Part shown: positions 1 through 11,790 of the stretch, in pieces
Position numbering within the stretch: position 1 is the stretch's first letter
Layout of the letters: each line of letters starts with the position of its first letter
Assembly: GCA_051294375.1 (NCBI GenBank)
Contig: JBJCIZ010000239.1
Location: 6,219,074-6,283,073, forward strand
Reading direction: 5' to 3'
Length of the DNA stretch: 64,000 bases
Source: Paraspadella gotoi
Taxonomy: Eukaryota; Animalia; Chaetognatha
The notes under the pieces: model-generated
Seen by the model: the letters and a program-made list of their open reading frames with translations, nothing else
Told to the model about the DNA's origin: nothing
The model's database searches: none
Translations under genes and position numbers: made by a program

Positions 1-34
1 ATATTGGTTGTACCAATTTCATAGTCTATATAGT

Positions 35-3000
35 CTATAAGGGTATAAAACAAAGGAGCAGTCCGACCTTGTCGACGCCGCGTTTCCCCTGTCGGTCGAA
101 AAGGGAAGCAAATTCTTTGGCTTTGAAGAAATCCCAATCTTCGTTGGACCAAAACACGAATTCATCCGATGATAAATTTTGGTCGAAGGAAAAAGCGAAA
201 TTTTGGGGAAAAGCGGATTCGCCCCAGGAGGGAAAAGCGGACTCGCCTAAGCCAGAAAAAAAAAGCGATTTTGTCAATTATTGTAAAAGCCTAAAAGGTG
301 AAGCTAAAAAACAAAAACGGATATTGCAATGTATGTTGCGCCGCTGGACACAGGGTGACAAAAGTTGACACGAGTAGTCGCTTAGATATTAAGTTAACAA
401 AAGAGCAAACAAATAAAAGCAGGGTTGAACTTTGGGGTCACCTGATTAATTTTTAGGGCGATCACGTGACTTTACTAGTATGTTATAAATGCAATTTAAA
501 GGTCTTATGGTGCCTTACCTTCCCACAAAATATGAACCTAATTGATAAAGTATTAACCGAGCATTTTTAATGTAAGTGGAATAAGACCAACGGATAAACA
601 TACCGACCGACCGACCGAAAAGTGACTTAAAGAGTTGCTCCGCGAGTACTCGAAACGCATCTAAAAACAGTCTCACCATCTCCGGAGAAAGCGGTCTTGC
701 CAAAGTTGGAAGAAGCGGACTCGCCAAAGCCAGAAGCGGACAACTCTCTCGGGCGGTTGGGGTCGATTCTTGGAGAAGGGAATAATGAGTATGAAGGGTT
801 AGTTTTCCGAAGATGAGGCACACTAACGCATATCATTTTTATATATCCCTAAGAAATTTGTACAACTATAATAAAATTTTCAATTCATTCAATGAATAAG
901 CTTGGCATCCTGTCCTGACTTAGAACCAACGATGATCGATGAAGCAATGATGAACACAACAAAGATCGTTATTTTACTTGATAATTTAATAAAAAAAAAA
1001 AAATTTTACAACTTCTCGGCGAACGACCTGTTCAAGTCCTCGCCGAGCCTTTCCGTTTTCCGCCGCGTCTTCGATGGAGCGCTCTTCTCGGATTCACTAA
1101 GCGCCTCTGGAACTATTTCCGGCGGAGCATCGGGAAGCGGCGAGGGAGCGCTTAAGCGAGGACGCCGTGGTGGAGACGGAGAAGGAAGAGGAGAAGGCGG
1201 CGGCGGCGGCGGAGGCGGCGGAATCGCCATAGATGCTTCCCACGGGGCATCGTCTCCAATTACTGCAGCAGCGCCGCCGATGCAAGCGCCTTTGTCCCCG
1301 CTAGGACGACGCCGCGCGACTTTGGCGCCTTCTGCCCGCGAATGCCGGACAGCCATCGCGAGTGGGCGCTCTGATTTGGGCGCTTTCTCGTCAAACAGGG
1401 CTCCCTTCAATGCACCATCTTTTTTTCTTTCGCCTTTTGCATCATCGGTGCCAACACTTGAGGCTTTTACTTTCTTTACTCGAAACGGGGCTTCAATTTT
1501 TTCAGTTTCAACTTTTTTAAGGGGTTTCTGGGGCTGCGCCTCTTTACATTTGATGCCGCGTTCGTGGCCCTCTAATGTGCGTTTTCCCTTCTTAAGCTGA
1601 GTGCCCTTAGCCCCGGTCGGACGCGCTCCCATGTTCCCGCCCGTCTGCGCGCTCGGGTGCCGGCGTGGCTGGGCGCTTTTTGACCTCGAGGCTTTGGACA
1701 GAGCGTTAGAGCGTGGACCTTCGGCGGAGGAGCCTCTGCATTTCGCCGCCTGTTTGGAGGCGATGGACGCGACAGTGCGACGCACCTCCGCCTGCGACGT
1801 TTTAAGGAAATCACCCAGTAACTGGTTCTCTTTTCCGAAACTGCCCCATTTTGGTTTATCCCAGAATTAAATTTTAATCTTAATATTTAACCAAAATATA
1901 TTTTTAAACTTTTAAATCAATCCCTAACTATAATTCATAATCCTAACCTTATCATGAACCTTAACCCTAACCCTAAACCTTTTCCCTAACTTTTAACTCT
2001 AAACTCTAACCAAAATCCATAGCCTTAATCACAAACCAAGTCCTTGATATTAATCACTTAACCTTATGTTTGCTTCCAACTTCAAATTCTCTCACCTCCA
2101 TCAGTTTCACACGATTCTTCCACAATGTCTCGTAATCCTCCTCCTCCTCCTCCTCCTCCTCCTCCTCCGGCGCCTTTTCTTTCCCAGCTTCCGGCAGCGG
2201 CGTCGGCGTCCGGGGAATTCTAGGAGAAATGACGACGACAATAATAAATATCAATTGTATTTTGTAATGATAACCCATTAATAACAATAATAGCATCGAC
2301 GGATTCACAAATCGCCTCGGAACACAACGGATCAAAGACTCGAGCATAACCCGAAGAAACGGAATCGACGAACGCTGATTGGTCGCCATGGAACTGGAAC
2401 TTCTACCAATCAACGTGCATGTTCTAGTTTCAGTCGCATTAATAAGATAGTGCTATAATGTCATAAAGCACACACGTTTTAACGTTAGAAACAACAAAAC
2501 TAAATTAACACATTTTATAAAATGAGATGTAAAGCGTGTCGACTTTATGCTTTTATAGCATCATGATTCATTGTATTAATTATTTTATTAAATTCCACCC
2601 AAGGGGTGGTGGGCCAATCCCGGAGGTACTGCAATACCGGGCTGACCCGTGGAGGAGGCCGTGCAAGCACTGAGCGCTCCTCCGATGCTCAAAAATCAGT
2701 TTAATATTCTGGGCCCGCAGTGCGGACCGTATCAGATATTAAGCTGATAAGAACAGATACTACACTTTGATCTTAGCCAAAAGGCCGAGAAGCGATGTCT
2801 GAGTTGGGGAAATTTTTTGTTCTCTTACTGTTTTCAAGAAGGAAAGCCTCGCGCAAGAAAACAATTTGCTTCCACACATATCGGGCGCTAGTCATTCGCA
2901 CCGAATAAAGTATATTTTAATACTTCTTTTTTATCATTTAAATAATTATTTAAAGGCAACGTTAAATTTCCTCGGACAAAAAACATTAGCGACAGACAAT

Positions 3001-5427
3001 AATTAACTAAAATGTAATGTATCCAAGCTCCATTTTAAGAATGACTCGGCTTAAATGCAAATTGGTAATCAGCCTCGTTTTCGAAGAAAACAAAAGACAT
3101 GTACAATTCCTTCCACTTTTCTGCTTTGAAATTCGCATAGGTATTTGCTACGTGAACTTAGCGTGATCACCATATTAAAACAAAACTTAAAAATATCGTA
3201 ATTTGATATAACAGCCTGTTATCATTACTACGAAATTAAAATCAAAATTGGCGAGGGTTTAAGTTTCTTTCAAGTCTACTTTCAGGTACAAAAGGAATAT
3301 TTTTTTTTAAAAATAAAGCTGTCATTATTGCTATTAAATTTTAATATTACTATACAATAATTATTTTTTAAATCTCAATTTTTTAATGTATTCTGATAGA
3401 GCATAAAAAGTTAAACAAAAAAAATTAATAACTTTTAAAAATTCTTACGTTTTCATGGTCAAAATTAAGAAAAACTAAAACAATTATTGAAAGATGATGA
3501 TGATGATGATCAACATTTTTTCTTATTTATAATTCACTATGATCGAAATCTCAAAAAAAGAATTATACTTTGTATAGACAACTTTTTACTAGCTATCTGA
3601 ATCTAATCTTGGAGCTCAAAAATTTAAAAAAAATTGTTTAACCTTTTGTAACTACGAATAAATATTTTAAAAAATTATTACAGATGATATTTTTTTTCCA
3701 TTTAAGATTTTTTTTTTTTTTAATTTTAAATTTTCGTTTGCGAAAGTGCTCAAAGCAAATTTTTGACTCACCTTACTGACTTAACTTATCATTACTGACC
3801 TCGTCCACGAATCGCTCAACCCTTTCGCCGAATCCGTTTCGCCGCCGCCGCCGCCGCCGCCTCCGCCGCCTCCGCCGCCGCCAGGGACGCTCGGGCCAAG
3901 ACAGCCTTCCTCGTCCCCGACGCAGAGAGTCGATGTGGAAGACGAAAGATAAATTTGGATCTAAGGAAAAGTAGATTTTTTCTGTTGATGTTGTTTGTTG
4001 TTGTTTATTTATGTTGTTGTTGCGGTTGTTGATTATAATAAAAACAACGATAAAACTTCCTTTTACTTGGACTCGAAGTTCTCCGTCGCCATCGTCTCCG
4101 AGACGCCGACCGGAAGCGGCGGCGGCGTCGTCGTCGTCGTCGCCGCCGTTGTCGTCGTCGTCGTCGTCGTCGCCGGGACGACCGACGAGGCGGCCGACAA
4201 GAAGACCGTCGGCTGCGAGGAAATGGCCGACGAAGCCGCCGACAAAAACGCCGAGGAGCGAGTCGAGATGGCGGAGGGAGTAGGGGTTGGCGTCGTCGTC
4301 GGCGTCGTCGTCGTCGTCGGCGTCGTCGTCGGGAGAGATTTTCGTTTTCTGGTAAACCGAAGAAATAAGGGAAGGCCNNNNNNNNNNNNNNNNNNNNNNN
4401 NNGGGGGGGGGGGGAGGAATTCGTCCTCAGCTCGATACAGATACGTCGATCATCATCATCATCATTATCATCATCATTAATTAAATTTAATAGTTTTTTT
4501 TATTATTTTCATTGTCAAATAATTAAAAGTTTAATAATTGTGAACAATATCCTTCTAACATTTCAAGCGTAATCAGAATCCGATAAAAAAATACGTGGTA
4601 ATTGGGCAACCTTAAAATTTTGTTTATTTTCACTAACTTTAATAAACACATTATCAATATCTATACCGGACTTCTCTGAGTTCGTAAACCAGTTCCTCCT
4701 TAATCCCCGATCCCAAAATCCCCGATCCTCAAATCCCGATCCCCAAATTCCCGATCCCCCACTCACCTCGGCAGCGTCTGAGTTTCCACTTCCTTCACGT
4801 CTTTATTCCTCCTTCTGATCGGCGCCTTTTCCTCCACGCGACCGGCGACTTCGAGGCGCCAGCGACCGGCGTCGCTTCTCCGGTCGGCGTCTTTTTGTCC
4901 GGCGTCGTCGGCGTCGTTTTTAGTCGTCGGCGGCGTCATAGGCGACGAAGGTGATTTGACGAACGTCGTAGGTCTCGGCTCCGAGGATAGTTTGGGTCTG
5001 ATTTTGATTTTGATTTTGATTTTGATTGATTTGATTTTGATTTTGATTTTGATTTTGATTTTATTTTCTATTTGGTTCATAATTCTTCATTCATTCATTC
5101 ATTCATTCATTCATTTCATTCATTCATTCATTCTTCATTTATTCATTCATTTCATTCATTCATTCATTGAAACCGATAGTTTCGATTGACTAATTAATCA
5201 AATGATTGATTGGATTGATTAATCTATTGTATTCGATCGATGCGACTGACTGACCTCGATCCAACTGGTTTCCTCACCTCGTTTTCCTCTTCTTCTCTCT
5301 CCCCATCTCCTCACTCCCTCCTCCTCCTCTCTTCCTCTTCCCCCTCCTTCTCGCTCCCAGAATTCTCCGTCTTTTCTCCTCCTTCTCTCCTCGTTGAGGA
5401 CTCTTCAGAGGTTTTCGTGGAGGAAAC
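35..5427 (-). CDS. Gene A: multi-exon, low-complexity/disordered protein of unknown function. Exons 5278-5427, 4767-4997, 4067-4348, ~3772-3960, 2096-2219, 1010-1791, 677-768, 35-246; further 5' exons probably correspond to ~15340-15550 and ~41090-41200 in other copies
   Basis: GC-rich blocks bounded by minus-strand GT/AG. Phases match for 5278>4997, 4767>4348, 2096>1791, 1010>768 and 677>246. Product has poly-T, poly-E and poly-P tracts, a KEVETQT motif and GESAF repeats, and ends ..LLLCFIPL*. The frame through the 3772-3960 exon is disturbed by probable indels. Confidence 0.7.
1821..2062 (-). mobile_element. Related telomere-like-repeat element filling an intron of gene A
   Basis: Degenerate CCCTAA array. 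Its end (ctggttctcttttccgaaactgccccattttgg..ccagaattaaattttaatcttaatatttaacc) is the reverse-complement homologue of 45229-45302. Confidence 0.5.
2607..2796 (-). ncRNA. U2: U2 spliceosomal snRNA (best copy)
   Basis: Reverse complement reads ATCGCTTCTCGGCCTTTTGGCTAAGATCAAAGTGTAGTATCTGTTCTTATCAGCTTAATATCTGATACG..., with branch-point pairing sequence GTAGTA, Sm site (GATTTTTG) and loop IV TATTGCAGTAC. About 190 nt. Confidence 0.97.
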
Positions 5428-5452
5428 CTTTTCGTTTTTGTTTTGTTTTGGG

Positions 5453-6144
5453 CGGGGCCGTATTTTTCCAAAGCGCTCCGTTTTAGGATTAATTTTAAGT
5501 GTGGAGATTAGTATTAGGGATGAGGGTAGGGATTAAGGATTAGGGTAGTTATCGAGATGATGAGATCAAGGTTAGAGATTAAGGTTAGAGATTTTATAAG
5601 GGATTAGAGTTAGGGATTATGTTGAGGAATAGAGTAGTGATTGAGATTAAGGTCAAGAGATTACAGTTTGGAATTAGGTTTAGGGTTAAAGATTGGCGTT
5701 ACAGATTTTAGTTAGGGATTAGGATTAAGGTTTCAAAGCGCTCCGTTTTAGGATTAATTTTAAGTGTGGAGATAGTATTAGGGATTGAGGGTAGGGATTA
5801 AGGATAAAGGTTAGTTATCGAGATTTAGAGATTAGGGTTAGAGATTAAGGTTAGAGATTTTATAAGGGATTAGAGTTAGGGTTAAGGATTAGAGTTAGTG
5901 ATTGAGACTAAGGTCAGGGATTACAGTTAGGAATTAGGTTTAGGGTTAAAGATTGGCGTTACAGATTTTAGTTAGGGATTAGGATTAAGGATTATGGTTA
6001 TGAATTGGTTTTTAAGGAATAAAGTTAAGCATCAGGGATTGAAATTGATATTAAGATTTAGTAAAAAAAAGGATAGAATATTAGATTAAAAATAATTTCT
6101 AGGATTAAGGTACAGAAATTGAGCGCTTTTGGAAAACTGCGCCG
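5453..6144. mobile_element. Non-autonomous TIR element (MITE-like) with degenerate TTAGGG-like interior
   Basis: Left end CGGGGCCGTATTTTTCCAAAGCGCTCCGTTT vs reverse complement of right end CGGCGCAGTTTTCCAAAAGCGCTCAATTT. Interior is ttaggg/ttagag/attagg variants. An 11-bp direct repeat GAAACCTTTTC lies at 5423-5433 and 6144-6154. Confidence 0.6.
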
Positions 6145-6433
6145 AAACCTTTTCCCGCGGAAAACATCGACGTTGACGGAGTTAAAAAACAGAAAAACAA
6201 AACAAAATAACGAGGAAAACAAAAACAAAACAATTGAAAAAAAACTAAAAATCTAAAAGATTTTTTTGATGATTTTTGGCTTCGAAATTTTCTTTCTTCT
6301 CGCTAACGACTCTTATTCTTGAAGAGTAAACGATAGAAATCGATATTATTTAAAAGAAGTAGTAGTAAGTAGTAAACTTAATTTCGATAGCAATGCGAAT
6401 GGATTAGANNNNNNNNNNNNNNNNNNNNNNNNN

Positions 6434-7849
6434 CTGGGCCGCTGCTCTCGGCTGCCGCGTTGCGGTTCCTCTGGATTCGATGCCCAAAACATCCATTGTT
6501 CAAATTTTGCAATCGACTTACAACAATCTACAAAAATCGATTATTGCTATTCGAAGGCAGATGGAGTTCCTCGAAAAATTTAAAACAAATATTGTAAATA
6601 TGAAGAGAAAAAAACGACAAAAATAAACATTCACCCCAGGCTGGACTGGGGCCCAGCTCGGAGATTCTAAACGCCTTTTGCGTTCGGCACGGCCACAGCG
6701 CGATCCGTCTCTTGTCTCTCTCTTCCGTTCACCATCCACTGACGAATTTTTGACACATCCAAACATTCATTGCACTTTAATCCTCAGTCCCAACAAAAGA
6801 CATTATTTCAGTACCGCAATTCCGAGCGTCGTTCTTTCTACGACGTCTTCTACCACTTTCCCGCCGCCACCTACGTAACAATATTCCCACCTTTTTGGCG
6901 CCGCGAAACGGCGGCCGCGAGAGAAAATCTACTTTGCCAACCCGGAGGAATCGCGACTTGGGTCGGCATCAGCACCTTGGCCGTCCTGGGTTCGACATGT
7001 CGAACTTCCAACATTAGTCGACTTGCAGCATTAGATTTACGTCCGCCACGAGCTTTTTCCGTATTCCTTTGATACTTGTACCGCAGCACGGGGTTCGCCA
7101 CGCCCAGCGCGATTCCGTCATTGACTCTGTCTTCTCTCCTCTGCGATCGTCACGGACTCTGTCTCACTCTCGCCGCCACAATCGACTCCCTCGTCTCTCT
7201 TATCCGGACCGCGTTTAAAACAAACTTTAAGCTTCAACGCGTTCAAATTAAACGGCGTTCAACTTCGCGCCCTCTCTCGGGGCTGAGATTTTAGCGAGTA
7301 GCGGTCCTCGGCCCCGCATGTGCTTCGGCTCAGTCGCAGTCCTTGGCTCTGCAGTCCTCGGTGTCCTTTTGCGCCGCGCAGCCTTCGTCGACGAACCGTC
7401 GTCGGCGATCTCCAGCCCCGGCGCCTCCCAACATCCTCGGGATCGCTGTCTTTCAATTTCATCTCCCTTTGGCCAAAAGAACTCGGCCGCCGCAATCTCG
7501 GGCGCCGTGAATTCCGGCGCCTTTAGACTTTCGGCGCCGCAATACTCGGGCCGCCGTGAATTCCGGCGCCTTAGACTTCGGTCTTCCGCGACTTTGGCCA
7601 TCCGAAGCCTTCGCGGCGGCGTCCGCTTGTCGAAGCGAATCGAAGCGGGAAATCTCGAGCCGGCGACGCATGCGGTCGTTGTTCGCAGGCAACCTGAAAG
7701 AGTTGTTGTTATTGTTGATACTGTTGTTGTTGCTGTTGTCGTTGTTGTGCGTCTTCAAGGTATCTCAGTTTTTATTTGCCGTTTGTTTTGAATAAATATA
7801 AATAAATAAATATAAAAAATATATAAATAATAAATAAATATATAAATAA

Positions 7850-7940
<91 letters not shown>

Positions 7941-8048
7941 ATTAAATAGGTTAAATTCAGTAAATAAATGTATAAAATAATATTTTAACTAGAATAGATC
8001 ATTTAGATAGATAGCATTAGATAGATAGATAGATAATAGCAGTAGCAT

Positions 8049-8102
<54 letters not shown>

Positions 8103-8343
8103 TATAGATAGAAGATAGATAGATAGATATGATAGATAGATAGATAGATTAGATTAATAGATAGATAGATAGATAAAACAAAAAATCTAAAAAAACCTAG
8201 AGCGTACAGAGACGCGAATTTTATGAACAGAAACAAGCGTCCGAATCTTTGTCGTCGGCGAAAACGAGTGTCGCCTCGTCGCTTGAGTCGAGCGCCTCGT
8301 CGTGTGAGTTCGCGCGCTCGTCGCGGAGTCCGCGGGCCCCATT
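6434..8343 (-). CDS. Gene B (5' part, frameshifted by sequencing errors): basic protein with an RGRP AT-hook-like motif and a possible degenerate MBD-like segment
   Basis: GC-rich coding-like blocks 8200-8343 and 6635-7760 separated by microsatellite intron-like DNA. TATTTAAA on the minus strand near 8409-8416. Peptides QSRGRPKSK and IPPGW..EYCYVGGGGKV. No continuous ORF. Confidence 0.4.
7790..8176. repeat. (TAAA)n followed by (GATA)n microsatellites
   Basis: Directly visible tetranucleotide arrays. Confidence 0.95.
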
Positions 8344-8494
8344 GTAAAGTTTACACGCCTCTTTCGTGGAGTCAAGAGCCTCGCTCTCGGATTTCGATGC
8401 GCCTCGTTTTTAAATAGCCCGCGTTTCGTCTGACGAAATATTTAAGAGCAAATCAATTAAATAAAGATTTAAGAAATGATCTGCAGCTTAAAGG

Positions 8495-8855
8495 CGCCAC
8501 GCCACTGTCTCAATGGCTAAGCGGGCTTGATCCATTTCGTATCACCGTGCGTCTCGCGGTTTCTTAATTCCTTTGACATCCCGTTTATATCTTGAAATGT
8601 AAGTGGAACAGGAAGTCGCTGGTCACTATAATAAGGGAGTGCGTCTTTTCATACAATTGAAACATTCTTTGAAAATATTATTACCACTTCATTGATAGGG
8701 GAAGCCAGTTCATGGAGTGAATAAATGAGACATGAAAGAGTCTTGATTGAAAGCTTGCAGAAACCTGCCTATGGTTATTAATCTTGTAAGTTGTGATGGA
8801 GGCCTTAAACCACCAAAGCCTGACAAAGTCAGGGAACAAGATAGCTTATTTATTA
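8495..8855 (+). mobile_element. Possible tRNA-derived SINE remnant (copy at ~17595-17970)
   Basis: A-box-like GTCTCAATGGCTAAGCG, degenerate B-box-like GCGGTTTC..AATTCC and a SINE-tail-like ..GGCCTTAAACCACCAAA. Balanced composition unlike the flanks. Confidence 0.3.
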
Positions 8856-11584
8856 AATTAATTGGATAATTTTTATAATTGGTTGTACCAATTTCATTAG
8901 CTTCTATATAGTCTATAAGGGTATAAAACAAAGGAAGCAGTCCGACCTTGTCGACCGCCGCGTTTCCCTGTCGGTCGAAAGGAAAGGCAAAATTTTTGGG
9001 CTTTGAAGAAATCCCAATCTTCGTTGGACCAAAACACGAATTCATCCGATTGATAAAATTTTGGTTCGAATGGAAAAAGCGAAATTTTGGGGAAAAAGCG
9101 GATTCCGCCCCAGGAGGGAAAAAGGCGGACTCGCCTAAGCCAGAAAAAAAAAAGCGATTTGTCAATTATTGTAAAAAGCCTAAAAGGTGAAGCTGAAAAA
9201 AACAAAAACGGATATTGCAATGATGTTGCGCCGCTGGACACAGCGCTGATAAAGTTGACACTACAGTTGGCTTACGATATTAAGTTAAACAAAAGAGCAA
9301 ACAAATAAAAGCAGGGTGACTTTGTGGTCACCTGATTAATTTTTAGGGCGATCACGATGGACTTTACTAGTATGTATATAAATGCAATTTAAAGCGTCTT
9401 ATTGTTGCCCTTACCTTCCCACAAAATATCGGAGACCTAATTGATAAAGTATTAAACCGAGCATTTTAATGTAAGTGCGAATAAGACCAACGGATAAACA
9501 TACCGCACCGACGACCGAAAAGCTGACTAAAGGAGTTGCTCCGCGAGTACTCGAAAACGCATCTAAAAAACAAGTCTCACCATCTCCGGAGAAAGCGGTC
9601 TTGCCAAAAAATGTTCGGAAGAAGCGGACTCGCCAAATCCAGAAAAGCGCGACAAACTCTCTCGGGCGGTTGGGGCGATTTCTTGGAGGAAGGGAATAAT
9701 GGAGTATGAAGGTTAGTTTTTACCGAAGGATGGACGGCACACTAACGCATCATTCATTTTTATATTATCCCTAAGAAATTTGTACAACTATAATAAAAAT
9801 TTTCAATTCATTCAATGAATAAGCGCTTGGCATCCTGTCCTGACTTCAGAACCAACGATGACCTCGCATGAAGCAATGATGAACACACAAAGATTCGTTT
9901 ATTTTACTTGAAATTTAATAAAAAAAAAAAAAAATTTTACAACTTCTCGGCGGTAACGACCTGTCAAGTCCTGCGCGAGCCTTTCCGTTTTCCGCCGCCG
10001 TCTTCGATGGCAGCGCTCTTTCTCGGATTCACTAAGCGCCTCTGGAACTATTCCGGCGGAGCATCGGGAAGGCGGCGATGGAGCGCTTAAGCGAGGACGC
10101 CGTGGGTGCGAGACGGAGAAGTGAAGAAGGAGAAGGCGGCGGCGGCGGCGTAGGCGGCGGGAAATCGCCATAGATGCCTTCCAGGGCATCGCTCTCCAAT
10201 ACTGCAGCAGCGCCGCCGCATGCAAGCGCCTTTGTCCCGCTTAGGACGCACGCCGCGCGACTTTGGGCGCCTTTCTTGCCCGCGAATGCCGGACAGGCCA
10301 TCGCGAGTGGGCGCCTCTGCATTTGGGCGCTTTCTCGTCAAACAGGGCTCCCTTCAATGCACCATCTTTTTTCTTTCGCCTTTGATCATCGGTGCCAACA
10401 CTTGAGGCTTACTTCTTTACTCGAAACGCGGTGCTTCAATTTTTTCAGTTTTCAACTTTTTTAAGGGGTTTCTGGAGGCTGCCTTCTTTTACATTTAGAT
10501 GCCGCCGTTCGTGGGCCCTCTAATGTGCGTTTTCCCTTCTTAAGCTGAGTGCCCTAGCCCCGGTCGCGACGCGCTCCCATGTTCGCCGCCGTCTGGCGCG
10601 CTCGGGCTGCCGGCACGTGCGCTGGGCGCTTTTTGACCTACGACGCTTGTGACAGAGCGAGAGCGTGGACCTTCGGCGGAGGAAGCCCTCGCATTTTCGC
10701 CGCCTGTTTGGAGGCGATGCGATCGCGACAGTGCGACGCACCTCCGCCTGCGACGTTTTTAAGAATCACCCAGTAACTGGTTCTCTTTTCCGAAACTGCC
10801 CATTCTTTGGGTTTATCCCACGAATTAAATTTAATCTTAATATTTAACCAAAATATATTTTTTAAACTTTTAAATCAATCCCTAACTATAATTCATAATC
10901 CTAACCTTATTCATGAACCTTAACCCTAACCCTAAACCTTTTCGCCCTAACTTTTAACTACTTAAAACCTAACCAAAATCCATAGCCTTAATCACAAACC
11001 AAGTCCTGCATATTAATCACTTAACCCTTATGTTTGCTTCCAAACTTCAAATTCTCTCACCTCCATCAGTTTCACACGATTCTTCCACAATGTCTCGTAA
11101 TCCTCCTCTCCTCCTCCTCCCTCCTCCTCCTCCGGCGCCTTTTCTTTCCCAGCTCGCAGCGGCGGTCGGCCCCGTCCGGGGAATTCTAGAGAAAATGACG
11201 ACGACAATAATAAATATCAATTGATTTTGTAATGATACCCATTAAATTAACAATAATAGCATCGACGGATTCACAAATCGCCTCGGAACACAACGGATCA
11301 AAGACTCGAGCATAACCCGAAGAAACGGAATCGACGAAACGCCTGATTGGTCGCCATTGGAACTGGAACTTCTACCAATTCCAACGCTGCATGTTCTAGT
11401 TTCAGTCGCATTAATAAGATAGTGCTATTAATGTCATAAGGCACCACACGTTTTAACGTAGAAAACAATCAAAACTAAATTACACATTTTATAAAAGGAG
11501 GATGTTAAAAGGCGTGTCGACTTTATGCTTTATAGCATCATTGATTCATTGTATTAATTATTTTATTAAATCCACCCAAGCGGG

Positions 11585-11790
11585 TGGTGGGGCCATATTC
11601 CACGGAGGTACTGCAATACCGGGCTGACCCGTGGAGGAGGCCGTGCAGGCAACTGAGCGCTTTTCTTCCGATGCTCAAAAATTCAGTTTAATATGTCTGG
11701 GCCCGCAGGTGCGGACCGTATCAGATATTAAGCTGAATAAGAACAGATACTACACTGATCTTAGCCAATAAGGCCGAGAATAAAAGCGAT
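11585..11790 (-). ncRNA. U2: U2 snRNA, indel-ridden duplicate (likely assembly copy)
   Basis: Same sequence and flanks as 2607-2796 with scattered 1-4 nt indels. Confidence 0.6.

Noticed and set aside
5480-6110. True telomere or chromosome-fusion site
   Set aside because: Repeats are highly degenerate, short, intronic and bounded by inverted termini.
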